From: Eledone cirrhosa
Lineage: Eukaryota
Reading direction: 5' to 3'
DNA length: 64,000 bases
NCBI GenBank assembly: GCA_964016885.1
Contig: OZ024744.1
Coordinates: forward strand, 101,866,001 to 101,930,000
In this document: one piece after another, positions 12,401 through 24,700 of the stretch
How the letters are laid out: each line of letters begins with the position of its first letter
Numbering within the stretch: position 1 is the stretch's first letter
The notes under the pieces: model-generated
What the model was told of the DNA's origin: nothing
What the model saw: only the letters and a program-made list of their open reading frames with translations
Databases searched by the model: none
Made by a program: the position numbers and the translations under genes

Positions 12401-14779
12401 TTGTTTATTGTTGGCTTTGTTTATTGTTGGTTTGTTTATTGGTGGCTTAGTTTATTGTTGGTTTGTTTATTGTTGGCTTTGTTTATTGTTGGCTTTATTT
12501 ATTGTTGGTTTGTTTATTATTAGCTTTGTTTATTGTTGTTTTGCTTATTGGTGGCTTTGTTTATTGTTGGTTTGTTTATTATTGGCTTTAATTATTGTTG
12601 GTTTGTCTATTGTTGGCTTTGTTTATTGTTGGTTTGTTTATTGTTGGCTTTGTTTATTGTTGGTTTCTTTATTGATGGCTTTGTTTATTGTTGATTTGTT
12701 TACTGATGGTTTGTTTATTGTTGACTTTGTTTATTGTTCGTTTGTTTATTGTTCGTTTGTTTATTGATGGTTTGTTTATTATTAGCTTTGTTTATTGTTG
12801 GTTTGTTTATTGTTGGTTTGTTTATGGTTGGTTTGTTTATTGTTGGCTTTGTTTCTTGTTGGTTTCTTTATTGCTGGTTTGTTTATTGTTAGCTTTGTTT
12901 ATTGTTGGTTTGTTTATTGTTGGCTTTGTGTATTGTTGGTTTGTTTATTGATGGCTTTGTTTATTGTTGGTTTGTTTATTGTTTGTTTGTTTATTGTTGG
13001 TTTGGATTATTTTTGGTTTGTTTATTGTTGGCTTTGTTTATTGTTGGTTTGTTTATTGTTGCTTTGTTTAATGTTGTGTTTGTTTATTGTTGGTTTGTTT
13101 ATTGTTGGCTATGTTTATTGTTGGTTTGTTTATTGTTGGCTTTGTTTATTATTGGCTTTGTTTATTGTTGGTTTGTTTATCGTTGGTTTGTTTATTGTTG
13201 GTTTGTTTATTGTTGGTTTGTTTATTGTTGGCTTTGTTTATTGTTGGCTTTGTTTATTGCTGGCTTTGTATAATGTAAGTTTGTTTATTGTTGGCTTTGT
13301 TTATTTTTGGTTTGTTTATTGTTGGCTTTGTTTATTGTTGGTTTGTTTATTGTTGGCTTTTTTTATTGTTGGTTTGATTATTGTTGGCTTTCTTTATTGT
13401 TGGTTTGTTTATTATTGGCTTTGTTTATTGTTGGTGTGTTTATTGTTGGCTCTGTTTATTGTTGGTTTGTTTATTGTTGGCTTTGTTTATCGCTGGTTTG
13501 TTTATTGGTGGCTTTGTTTATTGTTGGTTGGTTTATTGTTGGCTTTGTTTATTGTTAGCTTTGTTTATTGTTGGTTTGTTTACTATTGGCTTTGTTTATT
13601 GTGGTTTTTCTATTGTTGGCTTTGTTTATTGTTGGTTTGTTTATTGTTGGCTTTGTTTATTGTTGGTTTGTTTATTGTTGGTTTGTTTATTGTTGGCTTT
13701 GTTTATTGTTGGCTTTGTTTATTGTTGGTTTGTTTCTTGTTGACTTTGTTTATTGTTGGTTTGTTTATTATTGGCTTTGCTTATTGTTGGTTTGTTTATT
13801 GTTGGCTTTGTTTATTTTTGGTTTGTTTATTACTGGCTTTGTTTATTGTTGGTTTGTTTATTGTTGGCTTTGTTTATTGTTGGTTTATTTATTGTTGGTT
13901 TGTTTATTGTTAGCTTTGTTTATTGTTGGTTTGTTTATTGTTGGCTTTGTGTATTGTTGGTTTGTTTATTGATGGCTTTGTTTATTGTTGGTTTGTTTAT
14001 TGTTGGTTTGTTTATTGTTGGTTTTGATTATTTTTGGTTTGTTTATTGTTGGCTTTGTTTATTGTTGGTTTGTTTATTGTTGCTTTGTTTAATGTTGGGT
14101 TTGTTTATTGTTGGTTTGCTTATTGTTGGCTTTGATTATTGTTGGTTTGTTTATTGTTGGCTTTGTTTATTGTTGGTTTGTTTATTATTGGCTTTAATTG
14201 TTGCTGGTTTGTCTATTGTTCGCTTTGTTTAATGTTGGTTTGTTTATTGTTGGCTTTGTTTATTGTTGGTTTGTTTATTGCTGGCTTTGTTTAATGTTGG
14301 TTTGTTTATTGTTGGCTTTGTTTATTGTTGGTTTTTTTCTTGTTGACTTTGTTTATTGTTTATTTGTATATTGTTGGCTTTGTTTATTGTTGGTTTGTTT
14401 ATTGTTGGCTTATTTATTGTTGGTTTGTTTATTACTGGCTTTGTTTATTGTTGGTTTGTTTATTGTTGGCTTTGTTTATTGTTGGTTTGTTTATTGTTGG
14501 TTTGTTTATTGTTGGCTTTGTTTATTTTTGGTTTGTTTATTACTGGCTTTGTTTATTGTTGGTTTGTTTCTTGTTGACTTTGTTTATTGATGGTTTGTTT
14601 ATTATTGGCTTTGTTTATTGTTGGTTTGTTTATTGTTGGCTTTGTTTAATGTTGGTTTGTTTATTGTTGGTTTGTTTATTGTTGGCTTTGTTTATTTTTG
14701 GTTTGTTTATTACTGGCTTTGTTTATTATTGGCTTTGCTTATTGTTGGTTTGTTTATTGTTGGCTTTGTTTATAGTTGT
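9484..14779 (+). repeat. A array 4, ~5.3 kb
   Basis: Tandem 15/16-mers with an internal ~2178-bp repeat (TGTATAATGTAAG at ~11089 and ~13267). Confidence 0.96.
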
Positions 14780-15708
14780 CAGTCAGTCTAATTATTTACT
14801 GTCTATAGTTAGTCTAATACTTTACAGTCTATAGTTAGTCTAATACTTTACAGTTTATAGTTAGTCTAATACTTTACTGTCTATAGTTAGTCTAATACTT
14901 TACAGCCTATAGTTAGTCTAATACTTTACTGTCTTATGAGAAGCTAAATATTATGGGCTTATAAGAAGCTAAGTATTATGGTCTTATGACAAGCTAAATA
15001 TGGCCTTATGAGATGCTAAATATGGTCTTATGAGAAGATAAATATTGTGGTCTTATGAGAAGATAAATATGGTTTTTATGAGAAGCTAAATATTATGGTC
15101 TTATGAAAACTTAAATACTTATGAGAAGTTAAATATTATGGTCTTATGAGAAGCTAAATATGGTCTTATGTAAATTTAGATATTATAGTCTTATGAGAAG
15201 GTAAATATGGTCTTATGAGAAGTTAAATCCAACCTTATGAGAAACTAAACATTATGGTCTCAGAAGCTAAATATTATGCCTGTATTAGAAGTTAAATATG
15301 GTCTTATGTGAAGCTAAATATTGTGTCATTATGAATGGCTCAATCTGGTCTTATGAGAAGTTAAAAGTTATTATCTTATGAGAAGTTGAAAATTGTGGTC
15401 TTATGAGAAGTTAAACATTATTGTCTTATAAGAAGCTAATTATAGTCTCATGCAGAACTAAATATGGTTTTATTGGAAGCTAGATAATACGGTCTTATGA
15501 GAAGCTAAATATTATGCTATTATTAGAAGTTGAATATTAGGGTCTTGTGAGCATCTAAGCATTGTGGTCTTAACAGTAGCTCAATAATATGGTTTTGTGA
15601 GAAGCTGAATATTATTGTCTTATAGGAAGCTAAATATTATGGTCTTATGAGAAACTAAATATGGTCTTATTAGAAGCCTAATATTATGGTCTTATGAGAA
15701 GATAATTA
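14780..15708 (+). repeat. Spacer module 4: B (14780-14932, lead + 5x26 bp) and C (14933-15708, 776 bp)
   Basis: Collinear with modules 1-3. Confidence 0.95.
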
Positions 15709-18700
15709 TGTTTATTGTTGGCTTTGTTTATTGTTGGTTTGTTTATTGTTGGGTTTATTTATTGTTGGTTTGTTTATTACTGGCTTTGTTTATTGTTGGT
15801 TTGTTTATTGTTGGCTTTGTTTATTGTTGGCTTTGTTTATTTTTGGTTTGTTTATTGTTGGCTTTGTTTATTGTTGGCTTTGTTTATTGTTGGTTTGTTT
15901 ATTGTTGGTTTGTTTACTGATGGTTCGTTTATTGTTGGTTTGTTTATTGTTGGCTTTGTTTATTGTTGGTTTGTTTATTGTTGGCTTTGTTTATTTTTGG
16001 TTTGTTTATCACTGGCTTTGTTTATTGTTGGTTTGTTTATTATTGGCTTTGTTTATTGTTGGTTTGTTTATTGTTGGTTTGTTTAGCGTTGGCTTTGTTT
16101 ATTGTTGGTTTTCTTATTGTTGGCTTTGATTATTGTTGGTTTGTTTATTGTTGGCTTTGTTTATTGTTGGTTTGTTTATTATAGGCTTTAATTATTGCTG
16201 GTTTGTATATTGTTCGCTTTGTTTATTGTTGGTTTGTTTATTGTTAGCTTTGTTTAATGTTGGTTTGTTTATTGCTGGCTTTGTTTAATGTTGGTTTCTT
16301 TATTGTTGGCTTTGTTTATTGTTGGTTTGTTTCTTGATGACTTTGTTTATTGTTTATTTGTTTATTGTTGGCTTTGTTCATTGTTGGTTTGTTTATTGTT
16401 GGCTTATTTATTGTTGGTTTGTTTATTACTGGCTTTGTTTATTGTTGGTTTGTTTATTGTTGGCTTTGTTTATTGTTGGTTTGTTTACTGTTGGTTTGTT
16501 TATTGTTGGCTTTGTTTATTGTTGGCTTTGTTTATTGTTGGTTTGTTTCTTGTTGACTTTGTTTATTGTTGGTTTGTTTATTATTGGCTTTGCTTATTGT
16601 TGGTTTGTTTATTGTTGGCTTTGTTTAATTTTGGTTTTTTATTACTGGCTTTGTTTATTGTTGGTTTGTTTATTGTTGGCTTTGTTTATTGTTGGTTTAT
16701 TTATTGTCGGTTTGTTTATTGTTAGCTTTGTTTATTGTTGGTTTGTTTATTGTTGGCTTTGTGTATTGTTGGTTTGTTTATTGATGGCTTTGTTTATTGT
16801 TGGTTTGTTTATTGTTGGTTTGTTTATTGTTGGTTTTGATTATTTTTGGTTTGTTTATTGTTGGCTTTGTTTATTGTTGGCTTGTTTATTGTTGCTTTGT
16901 TTAATGTTGGGTTTGTTTATTGTTGGTTTGTTTATTGTTGGCTATGTTTATTGTTGGTTTGTTTATTGTTGGCTTTGTTTATTATTGGCTTTGTTTATTG
17001 TTGGTTTGTTTATTGTTGGTTTGTTTATTGTTGGTTTGTTTATTGTTGGTTTGTTTATTGTTGGCTTTGTTTATTGTTGGCTTTGTTTATTGCTGGCTTT
17101 GTATAATGTAAGTTTGTTTATTGTTGGCTTTGTTTATTTTTGGTTTGTTTATTGTTGGCTTTGTTTATTGTTGGTTTGTTTATTGTTGGTTTTTTTTATT
17201 GTTGGTTTGTTTATTGTTGGCTTTCTTTATTGTTGGTTTGTTTATTATTGGCTTTGTTTATTGTTGGTTTGTTTATTGTTGGCTCTGTTTATTGTTGGTT
17301 TGTTTATTGTTGGCTTTGTTTATCGCTGGTTTGTTTATTGGTGGCTTTGTTTATTGTTGGTTGGTTTATTGTTGGCTTTGTTTATTGTTAGCTTTGTTTA
17401 TTGTTGGTTTGTTTATTATTGGCTTTGTTTATTGTTGGTTTGTCTATTGTTGGCTTTGTTTATTGTTGGTTTGTTTATTGTTGGCTTTGTTTATTGTTGG
17501 TTTCTTTATTGATGGCTTTGTTTATTGTTGATTTGTTTATTGTTGGTTTGTTTATTGTTGGCTTTGTTTATTGTTGGTTTGTTTATATTGTTCGTTTGTT
17601 TATTGATGGTTTGTTTATTGTTGGTTTGTTTCTTGTTGACTTTGTTTATTGTTGGTTTGTTTATTATTGCCTTTGCTTATTGTTGGTTTGTTTATTGTTG
17701 GCTTTGTTTATTTTTGGTTTGTTTATTGTTGGCTTTGTTTACTTTTGGTTTGTTTATTGTTGGTTTGTTTATTGTTGGCTTTGTTTATTGTTGGTTTGTT
17801 TATTAATGGCTTTGTGTATTGTTGGTTTGTTTATTGATGGTTTTGTTTATTGTTGGTTTCTTTATTGTTGGTTTGTTTATTGTTGGTTTCGTTTATTTTT
17901 GGTTTGTTTATTGTTGGCTTTGTTTATTGTTGGTTTGTTTATTGTTGGCTATGTTTATTGTTGGTTTGTTTATTGTTGGCTTCGTTTATTATTGGCTTTG
18001 TTTATTGTTGGTTTGTAAATTGTTGCTTTGTTTATTTGTTGGTTTGTTTATTGTTGGTTTGTTTATTGTTGGTTTGTTTATTGTTGGTTTGTTTTTTGTT
18101 AGTTTGTTTGTTGTTGGCTTTGTTTATTTTTGGTTTGTTCATTGTTGGCTTTATTTATTGTTGGCTTGTTTATTGTTGGCTTTGTTTATTGTTGGTTTGT
18201 TTAATTTTGGCTTTGTTTATTGTTGGTTTGTTTATTATTGGTTTTGTTTATTTTTGGTTTGTTTATTGTTGGCTTTGTTTATTTTTGGTTTGTTTATATA
18301 CTGGCTTTGTTTATTGTTGGTTAGTTTATTGTTGGCTTTGTTTATAGTTGGTTTGTTTATTGTTGGTTTGTTTATCTTTGGCTTTGTTTATTGTTGGTTT
18401 GTTTATTGCTAGCTTTGTTTAATGTTAGTTTGTTTATTGTAGGCTTTGTTTATTGTTAGCTTTCTTTATTGTTGGTTTGTTTATTATTGGCTTTGTTTAC
18501 TGTTGGTTTGTTTATTGTTGGCTTTGTTTATTGTTGGTTTGTTTATTGTTGGCTTTGTTTATTGCTGGTTTGTTTATTGGTGGCTTAGTTTATTGTTGGT
18601 TTGTTTATTGTTGGCTTTGTTTATTGTTGGCTTTATTTATTGTTGGTTTGTTTATTATTAGCTTTGTTTATTGTTGTTTTGCTTATTGGTGGCTTTGTTT

Positions 18701-21700
18701 ATTGTTGGTTTGTTTATTATTGGCTTTAATTATTGTTGGTTTGTCTATTGTTGGCTTTGTTTATTGTTGGTTTGTTTATTGTTGGCTTTGTTTATTGTTG
18801 GTTTCTTTATTGATGGCTTTGTTTATTGTTGATTTGTTTACTGTTGGTTTGTTTATTGTTGACTTTGTTTATTGTTCGTTTGTTTATTGTTCGTTTGTTT
18901 ATTGATGGTTTGTTTATTGTTGGTTTGTTTATTGTTGGTTTGTTTATTATTAGCTTTGTTTATAGTTGGTTTGTTTATTGTTGGTTTGTTTATGGTTGGT
19001 TTGTTTATTGTTGGCTTTGTTTCTTGTTGGTTTCTTTATTGCTGGTTTGTTTATTGTTAGCTTTGTTTATTGTTGGTTTGTTTATTGTTGGCTTTGTGTA
19101 TTGTTGGTTTGTTTATTGATGGCTTTGTTTATTGTTGGTTTGTTTATTGTTGGTTTGTTTATTGTTGGTTTTGATTATTTTTGGTTTGTTTATTGTTGGC
19201 TTTGTTTATTGTTGGTTTGTTTATTGTTGCTTTGTTTAATGTTGGGTTTGTTTATTGTTGGTTTGTTTATTGTTAGTTTGTTTATTGTTGGTTTGTTTAT
19301 TGTTGGTTTGTTTATTGTTGGCTTTGTTTATTGTTGGCTTTGTTTATTGCTGGCTTTGTATAATGTAAGTTTGTTTATTGTTGGCTTTGTTTATTTTTGG
19401 TTTGTTTATTGTTGGTTTGTTTATTATTGGCTTTGTTTATTGTTGGTTTGTTTATTGTTGGCTCTGTTTATTGTTGGTTTGTTTATTGTTGGCTTTGTTT
19501 ATCGCTGGTTTGTTTATTGGTGGCTTTGTTTATTGTTGGTTGGTTTATTGTTGGCTTTGTTTATTGTTAGCTTTGTTTATTGTTGGTTTGTTTATTATTG
19601 GCTTTGTTTATTGTTGGTTTGTCTATTGTTGGCTTTGTTTATTGTTGGTTTGTTTATTGTTGGCTTTGTTTATTGTTGGTTTCTTTATTGATGGCTTTGT
19701 TTATTGTTGATTTGTTTATTGTTGGTTTGTTTATTGTTGGCTTTGTTTATTGTTGGTTTGTTTATTGTTCGTTTGTTTATTGATGGTTTGTTTATTGTTG
19801 GTTTGTTTCTTGTTGACTTTGTTTATTGTTGGTTTGTTTATTATTGCCTTTGCTTATTGTTGGTTTGTTTATTGTTGGCTTTGTTTATTTTTGGGTTGTT
19901 TATTGTTGGCTTTGTTTATTTTTGGTTTGTTTATTGTTGGTTTGTTTATTGTTGGCTTTGTTTATTGTTGGTTTGTTTATTAATGGCTTTGTGTATTGTT
20001 GGTTTGTTTATTGATGGTTTTGTTTATTGTTGGTTTCTTTATTGTCGGTTTGTTTATTCTTGGTTTCGTTTATTTTTGGTTTGTTTATTGTTGGCTTTGT
20101 TTATTGTTCGTTTGTTTATTGTTGGCTATGTTTATTGTTGGTTTGTTTATTGTTGGCTTTGTTTATTATTGGCTTTGTTTATTGTTGGTTTGTTTATTGT
20201 TGCTTTGTTTACTGTTGGTTTGTTTATTGTTGGCTTTGTTTATTGTTCGTTTGTTTATTGTTCGTTTGTTTATTGATGGTTTGTTTATTGTTGGTTTGTT
20301 TATTGTTGGTTTGTTTATTATTAGCTTTGTTTATTGTTGGTTTGTTTATTGTTGGTTTGTTTATGGTTGGTTTGTTTATTGTTGGCTTTGTTTCTTGTTG
20401 GTTTCTTTATTGCTGGATTTGTTTATTGTTGGTTTGTTTATTGTTGGCTTTGTTTATTGTTGGTCTGTTTATTGTTGGCTTTTTTTATTGTTGGTTTGTT
20501 TATTGTTGGCTTTGTTTATTGTGGGCTTGTTTATTGTTGGCTTTTTTATTGTTGGTTTGTTTATTGTTGGCTTTGTTTATTGCTCGTTTGTTTATTGTTG
20601 GTTTGTTTATTGTTGGTTTGTTTATTGTTGGCTTTGTTTGTTGTTGGTTTGTTTATTATTTGCTTTGTTTATTGTTGGTTTGTTTATCGTTGGCTTTGTT
20701 TATTGTTGGTTTCTTTATTGTTGGCTTTGTTTATGGTTGGTTTGTTTATTGGTGGATTTGTTTATTGTTGGTTTGTTTATTGTTGGCTTTGTTTATTGTT
20801 GGCTTTGTTTATTGTTGGTTTGTTTATTGTTGGCTTTGTTTATTGTTGGTTTGCTTATTGGTGGCTTTGTTTATTGTTGGTTTTTTTATTGTTGGCTTTG
20901 TTAATTGTTGGTTTATTTATTATTGGCTTTAATTATCGTTGGTTTTTCTATTGTTGGCTTTGTTTATTGTTGGTTTGTTTATTATTGGCTTTGTTTATTG
21001 TTGGTGTGTTTATTGTTGGCTCTGTTTATTGTTGGTTTGTTTATTGTTGGCTTTGTTTATCGCTGGTTTGTTTATTGGTGGCTTTGTTTATTGTTGGTTG
21101 GTTTATTGTTGGCTTTGTTTATTGTTAGCTTTGTTTATTGTTGGTTTGTTTACTATTGGCTTTGTTTATTGTGGTTTGTCTATTGTTGGCTTTGTTTATT
21201 GTTGGTTTGTTTATTGTTGGCTTTGTTTATTGTTGGTTTCTTTATTGATGGCTTTGTTTATTGTTGATTTGTTTATTGTTGGTTTGTTTATTGTTGGCTT
21301 TGTTTATTGTTGGTTTGTTTATTGTTGGTTTGTTTATTGTTGGCTTTGTTTATTGTTGGCTTTGTTTATTGTTGGTTTGTTTCTTGTTGATTTTGTTTAT
21401 TGTTGGTTTGTTTATTATTGGCTTTGCTTATTGTTGGTTTGTTTATTGTTGGCTTTGTTTATTTTTGGTTTGTTTATTACTGGCTTTGTTTATTGTTGGT
21501 TTGTTTATTGTTGGCTTTGTTTATTGTTGGTTTATTTATTGTTGGTTTGTTTATTGTTAGCTTTGTTTATTGTTGGTTTGTTTATTGTTGGCTTTGTGTA
21601 TTGTTGGTTTGTTTATTGATGGCTTTGTTTATTGTTGGTTTGTTTATTGTTGGTTTGTTTATTGTTGGTTTTGATTATTTTTGGTTTGTTTATTGTTGGC

Positions 21701-24700
21701 TTTGTTTATTGTTGGTTTGTTTATTGTTGGTTTTGTTTATTGTTGGTTTGTTTATTGTTGGCTTTGTTTATTGTTGGTTTGTTTATTGTTGGCTTTGTTT
21801 ATTGTTGGTTTGTTTATTGTTGGCTTTGTTTACTGTTGGTTTGTTTATTGTTGGCTTTCTTTATTGTTGGTTTGTTTATTATTGGCTTTGTTTATTATTG
21901 GCTTTGTTTATTGTTGGTTTACTTATCGTTGGCTTTGTTTATTGTTGGCTTTGTTTATTGTTTGTTTGTTCATTGTTGGTTTGTTTATTGTTGGTTTGTT
22001 TATTGTTCGTTTCCTTATAGTTGGTTTTGTTTATTGTTGGCTTTGTTTATTGTTGGTTTGTTAATTGTTGGCTTTGTTTATTGTTGCTTTGTTTATTGTT
22101 CGTTTGTTTATTATTGGTTTGTTTATTGTTGGCTTTGTTTATTGTTGGTTTCTTTATCGTTAGCTTTGTTTAATGTTGGTTTGTTTATTGTTGGCTTTGT
22201 TTATTTTTGGTTTGTTTATTATTAGCTCTGTTTATTGTTGGTTTGTTTATTGTTAGCTTTGTTTATTGTTGGTTTGTTTATTGTTCGCTTTGTTTATGGT
22301 TGATTTGTTTATTTTTGGCTTTGTTTATTGTTTTTTGTTTATTGTTGGTTTGTTTATTGTTGGCTTTGTTTCTTGTTGGTTTGTTAATTGTTAGCTTTGT
22401 TTATTGTTGGCTTTGTTTATTGTTGGCTTTGTTTATTATTGGCTTTATTTATTGTTGGTTTATTTATTGTTGGCTTTGTTTGTTGTTAGTTTTGTTTATT
22501 GTTTGTTTGTTTATTGTTGGTTTGTTTATTGTTGGTTTGTTTATTGTTGATTTGTTTATTGTTGGTTTGTTTATTCTTGGTTTGTTTATTGTTGGCTTAG
22601 TTTATTGTTGCCTTGTTTATTGTTGGCTTTGTTTATTGTTGGTTTGTTTATCGTTGGCTTTGTTTTTTGTTGGTTTGTTTATTGTTGGTTTGTTTATTGT
22701 TGGCTTTGTTTATTGTTGATTTGTTTATCGTTAGCTTTGTTTAATATTGGTTTGTTTATTGTTGGCTTTGTTTATTGTTTGTTTGGTTATTGTTGGCTTT
22801 GTTTATTGTTGGTTTTTTATTGTTGGCTTTCTTTATTGTTGGTTTGTTTATTGTTGGTTTGTTTATTGTTGGCTTTGTTTATTGTTGGTTTGTTTTTTGT
22901 TGGCTTTGTTTATTGTTGTCTTTGTTTATTGTTGGCTTTCTTTATTGATGGTTTGTTTATTGTTGGCTTTGTTTATTGTTGGTTTGTTTATTGTTGGCTT
23001 TGTTTATTGTTAGTGTGTTTATTGTTGGCTTTGTTTATTGTTGGTTTGTTTATTGTTGGCTTTGTTTATTGTTGGCTTTGTTTATTGTTGGTTTGTTCAT
23101 TGTTGGCTTTGTTTATTGTTGGTTTGTATATTATTGGCTTTGTTTGTTATTGGCTTAGATTATTGTTGGTTTGTTTATTGTTGGCTCTCTTTATTGTTGG
23201 TTTTGTTTATTGTTGGTTTGTTTATTGTTGGCTTTGTTTATTGTTGGCTTTGTTTATTATTGGTTTGTTTATTGTTGGTTTGTTTATTGTTGGTTTGTTT
23301 ATTGTTGGCTTTGTTTATTGTTGGTTTGTTTATTGTTGGTTTGTTTATTGTTGGTTTCTTTACTGTTGGTTTGTTTATTGTTGGCTTTGTTTATTGTTGG
23401 CTTTGTTTATTGTTGGTTTCTTTATTGTTTGTTTGATAATTGTTGGCTTTGTTTATTGTTGGTTTGTTTATTGTTTGTTTGTTTATTGTTGGCTTTGTTT
23501 ATTGTTGTCTTTGTTTATTGTTGCCATTGTTTATTGTTGGTTTGTTTATTGTTGGCTTTGTTTATTGTTGGTGTGTTTATTGTTGGTTTGTTTATTGTTG
23601 GCTTTGTTTATTGTTGGTTTGTTTGTGGTTGGTTTGTTTGTGGTTGGTGTGTTTATTGTTGGTTTGGTTATTATTGGCTTTGTTTATTATTGGCTTTGTT
23701 TATTGTTGGTTTACTTATCATTGCCTTTGTTTATTGTTGGCTTTGTTTATTGTTTGTTTGTTCATTGTTGATTTGTTTATTGTTGGTTTGTTTATTGTTC
23801 GTTTCCTTATAGTTGGTTTTGTTTATTGTTGGCTTTGTTTATTGTTGGTTTGTTAATTGTTGGCTTTGTTTATTGTTGCTTTGTTTATTGTTGGTTTGTT
23901 TATTGTTGGTTTGTTTATTGTTGGCTTTGTTTATTGTTGGTTTGTTTATCGTTAGCTTTGTTTAATGTTGGTTTGTTTATTGTTGGCTTTGTTTATTTTT
24001 GGTTTGTTTATTATTAGCTCTGTTTATTGTTGGTTTGTTTATTGTTAGCTTTGTTTATTGTTGGTTTGTTTATTGTTCGCTTTGTTTATGGTTGGTTTGT
24101 TTATTTTTGGCTTTGTTTATTGTTTTTTGTTTATGGTTGGTTTGTTTATTGTTGGCTTTGTTTCTTGTTGGTTTGTTAATTGTTGGCTTTGTTTATTGTT
24201 GGCTTTGTTTATTGTTGGCTTTGTTTATTATTGGCTTTATTTATTGTTGGTTTATTTATTGTTGGCTTTGTTTATTGTTAGTTTTGTTTATTGTTTGTTT
24301 GTTTATTGTTGGTTTGTTTATTGTTGGTTTGTTTATTGTTGATTTGTTTATTGTTGGTTTGTTTATTCTTGGTTTGTTTATTGTTGGCTTAGTTTATTGT
24401 TGCCTTGTTTATTGTTGGCTTTGTTTATTGTTGGTTTGTTTATCGTTGGCTTTGTTTATTGTTGGTTTGTTTATTGTTGGTTTGTTTATTGTTGGCTTTG
24501 TTTATTGTTGATTTGTTTATCGTTAGCTTTGTTTAATATTGGTTTGTTTATTGTTGGCTTTGTTTATTGTTTGTTTGGTTATTGTTGGCTTTGTTTATTG
24601 TTGGTTTTTTATTGTTGGCTTTGTTTATTGTTGGTTTGTTTATTGTTGGCTTTTTTTATTGTTGGCTTTCTTTATTGTTGATTTTGTTTATTGTTGGCTT

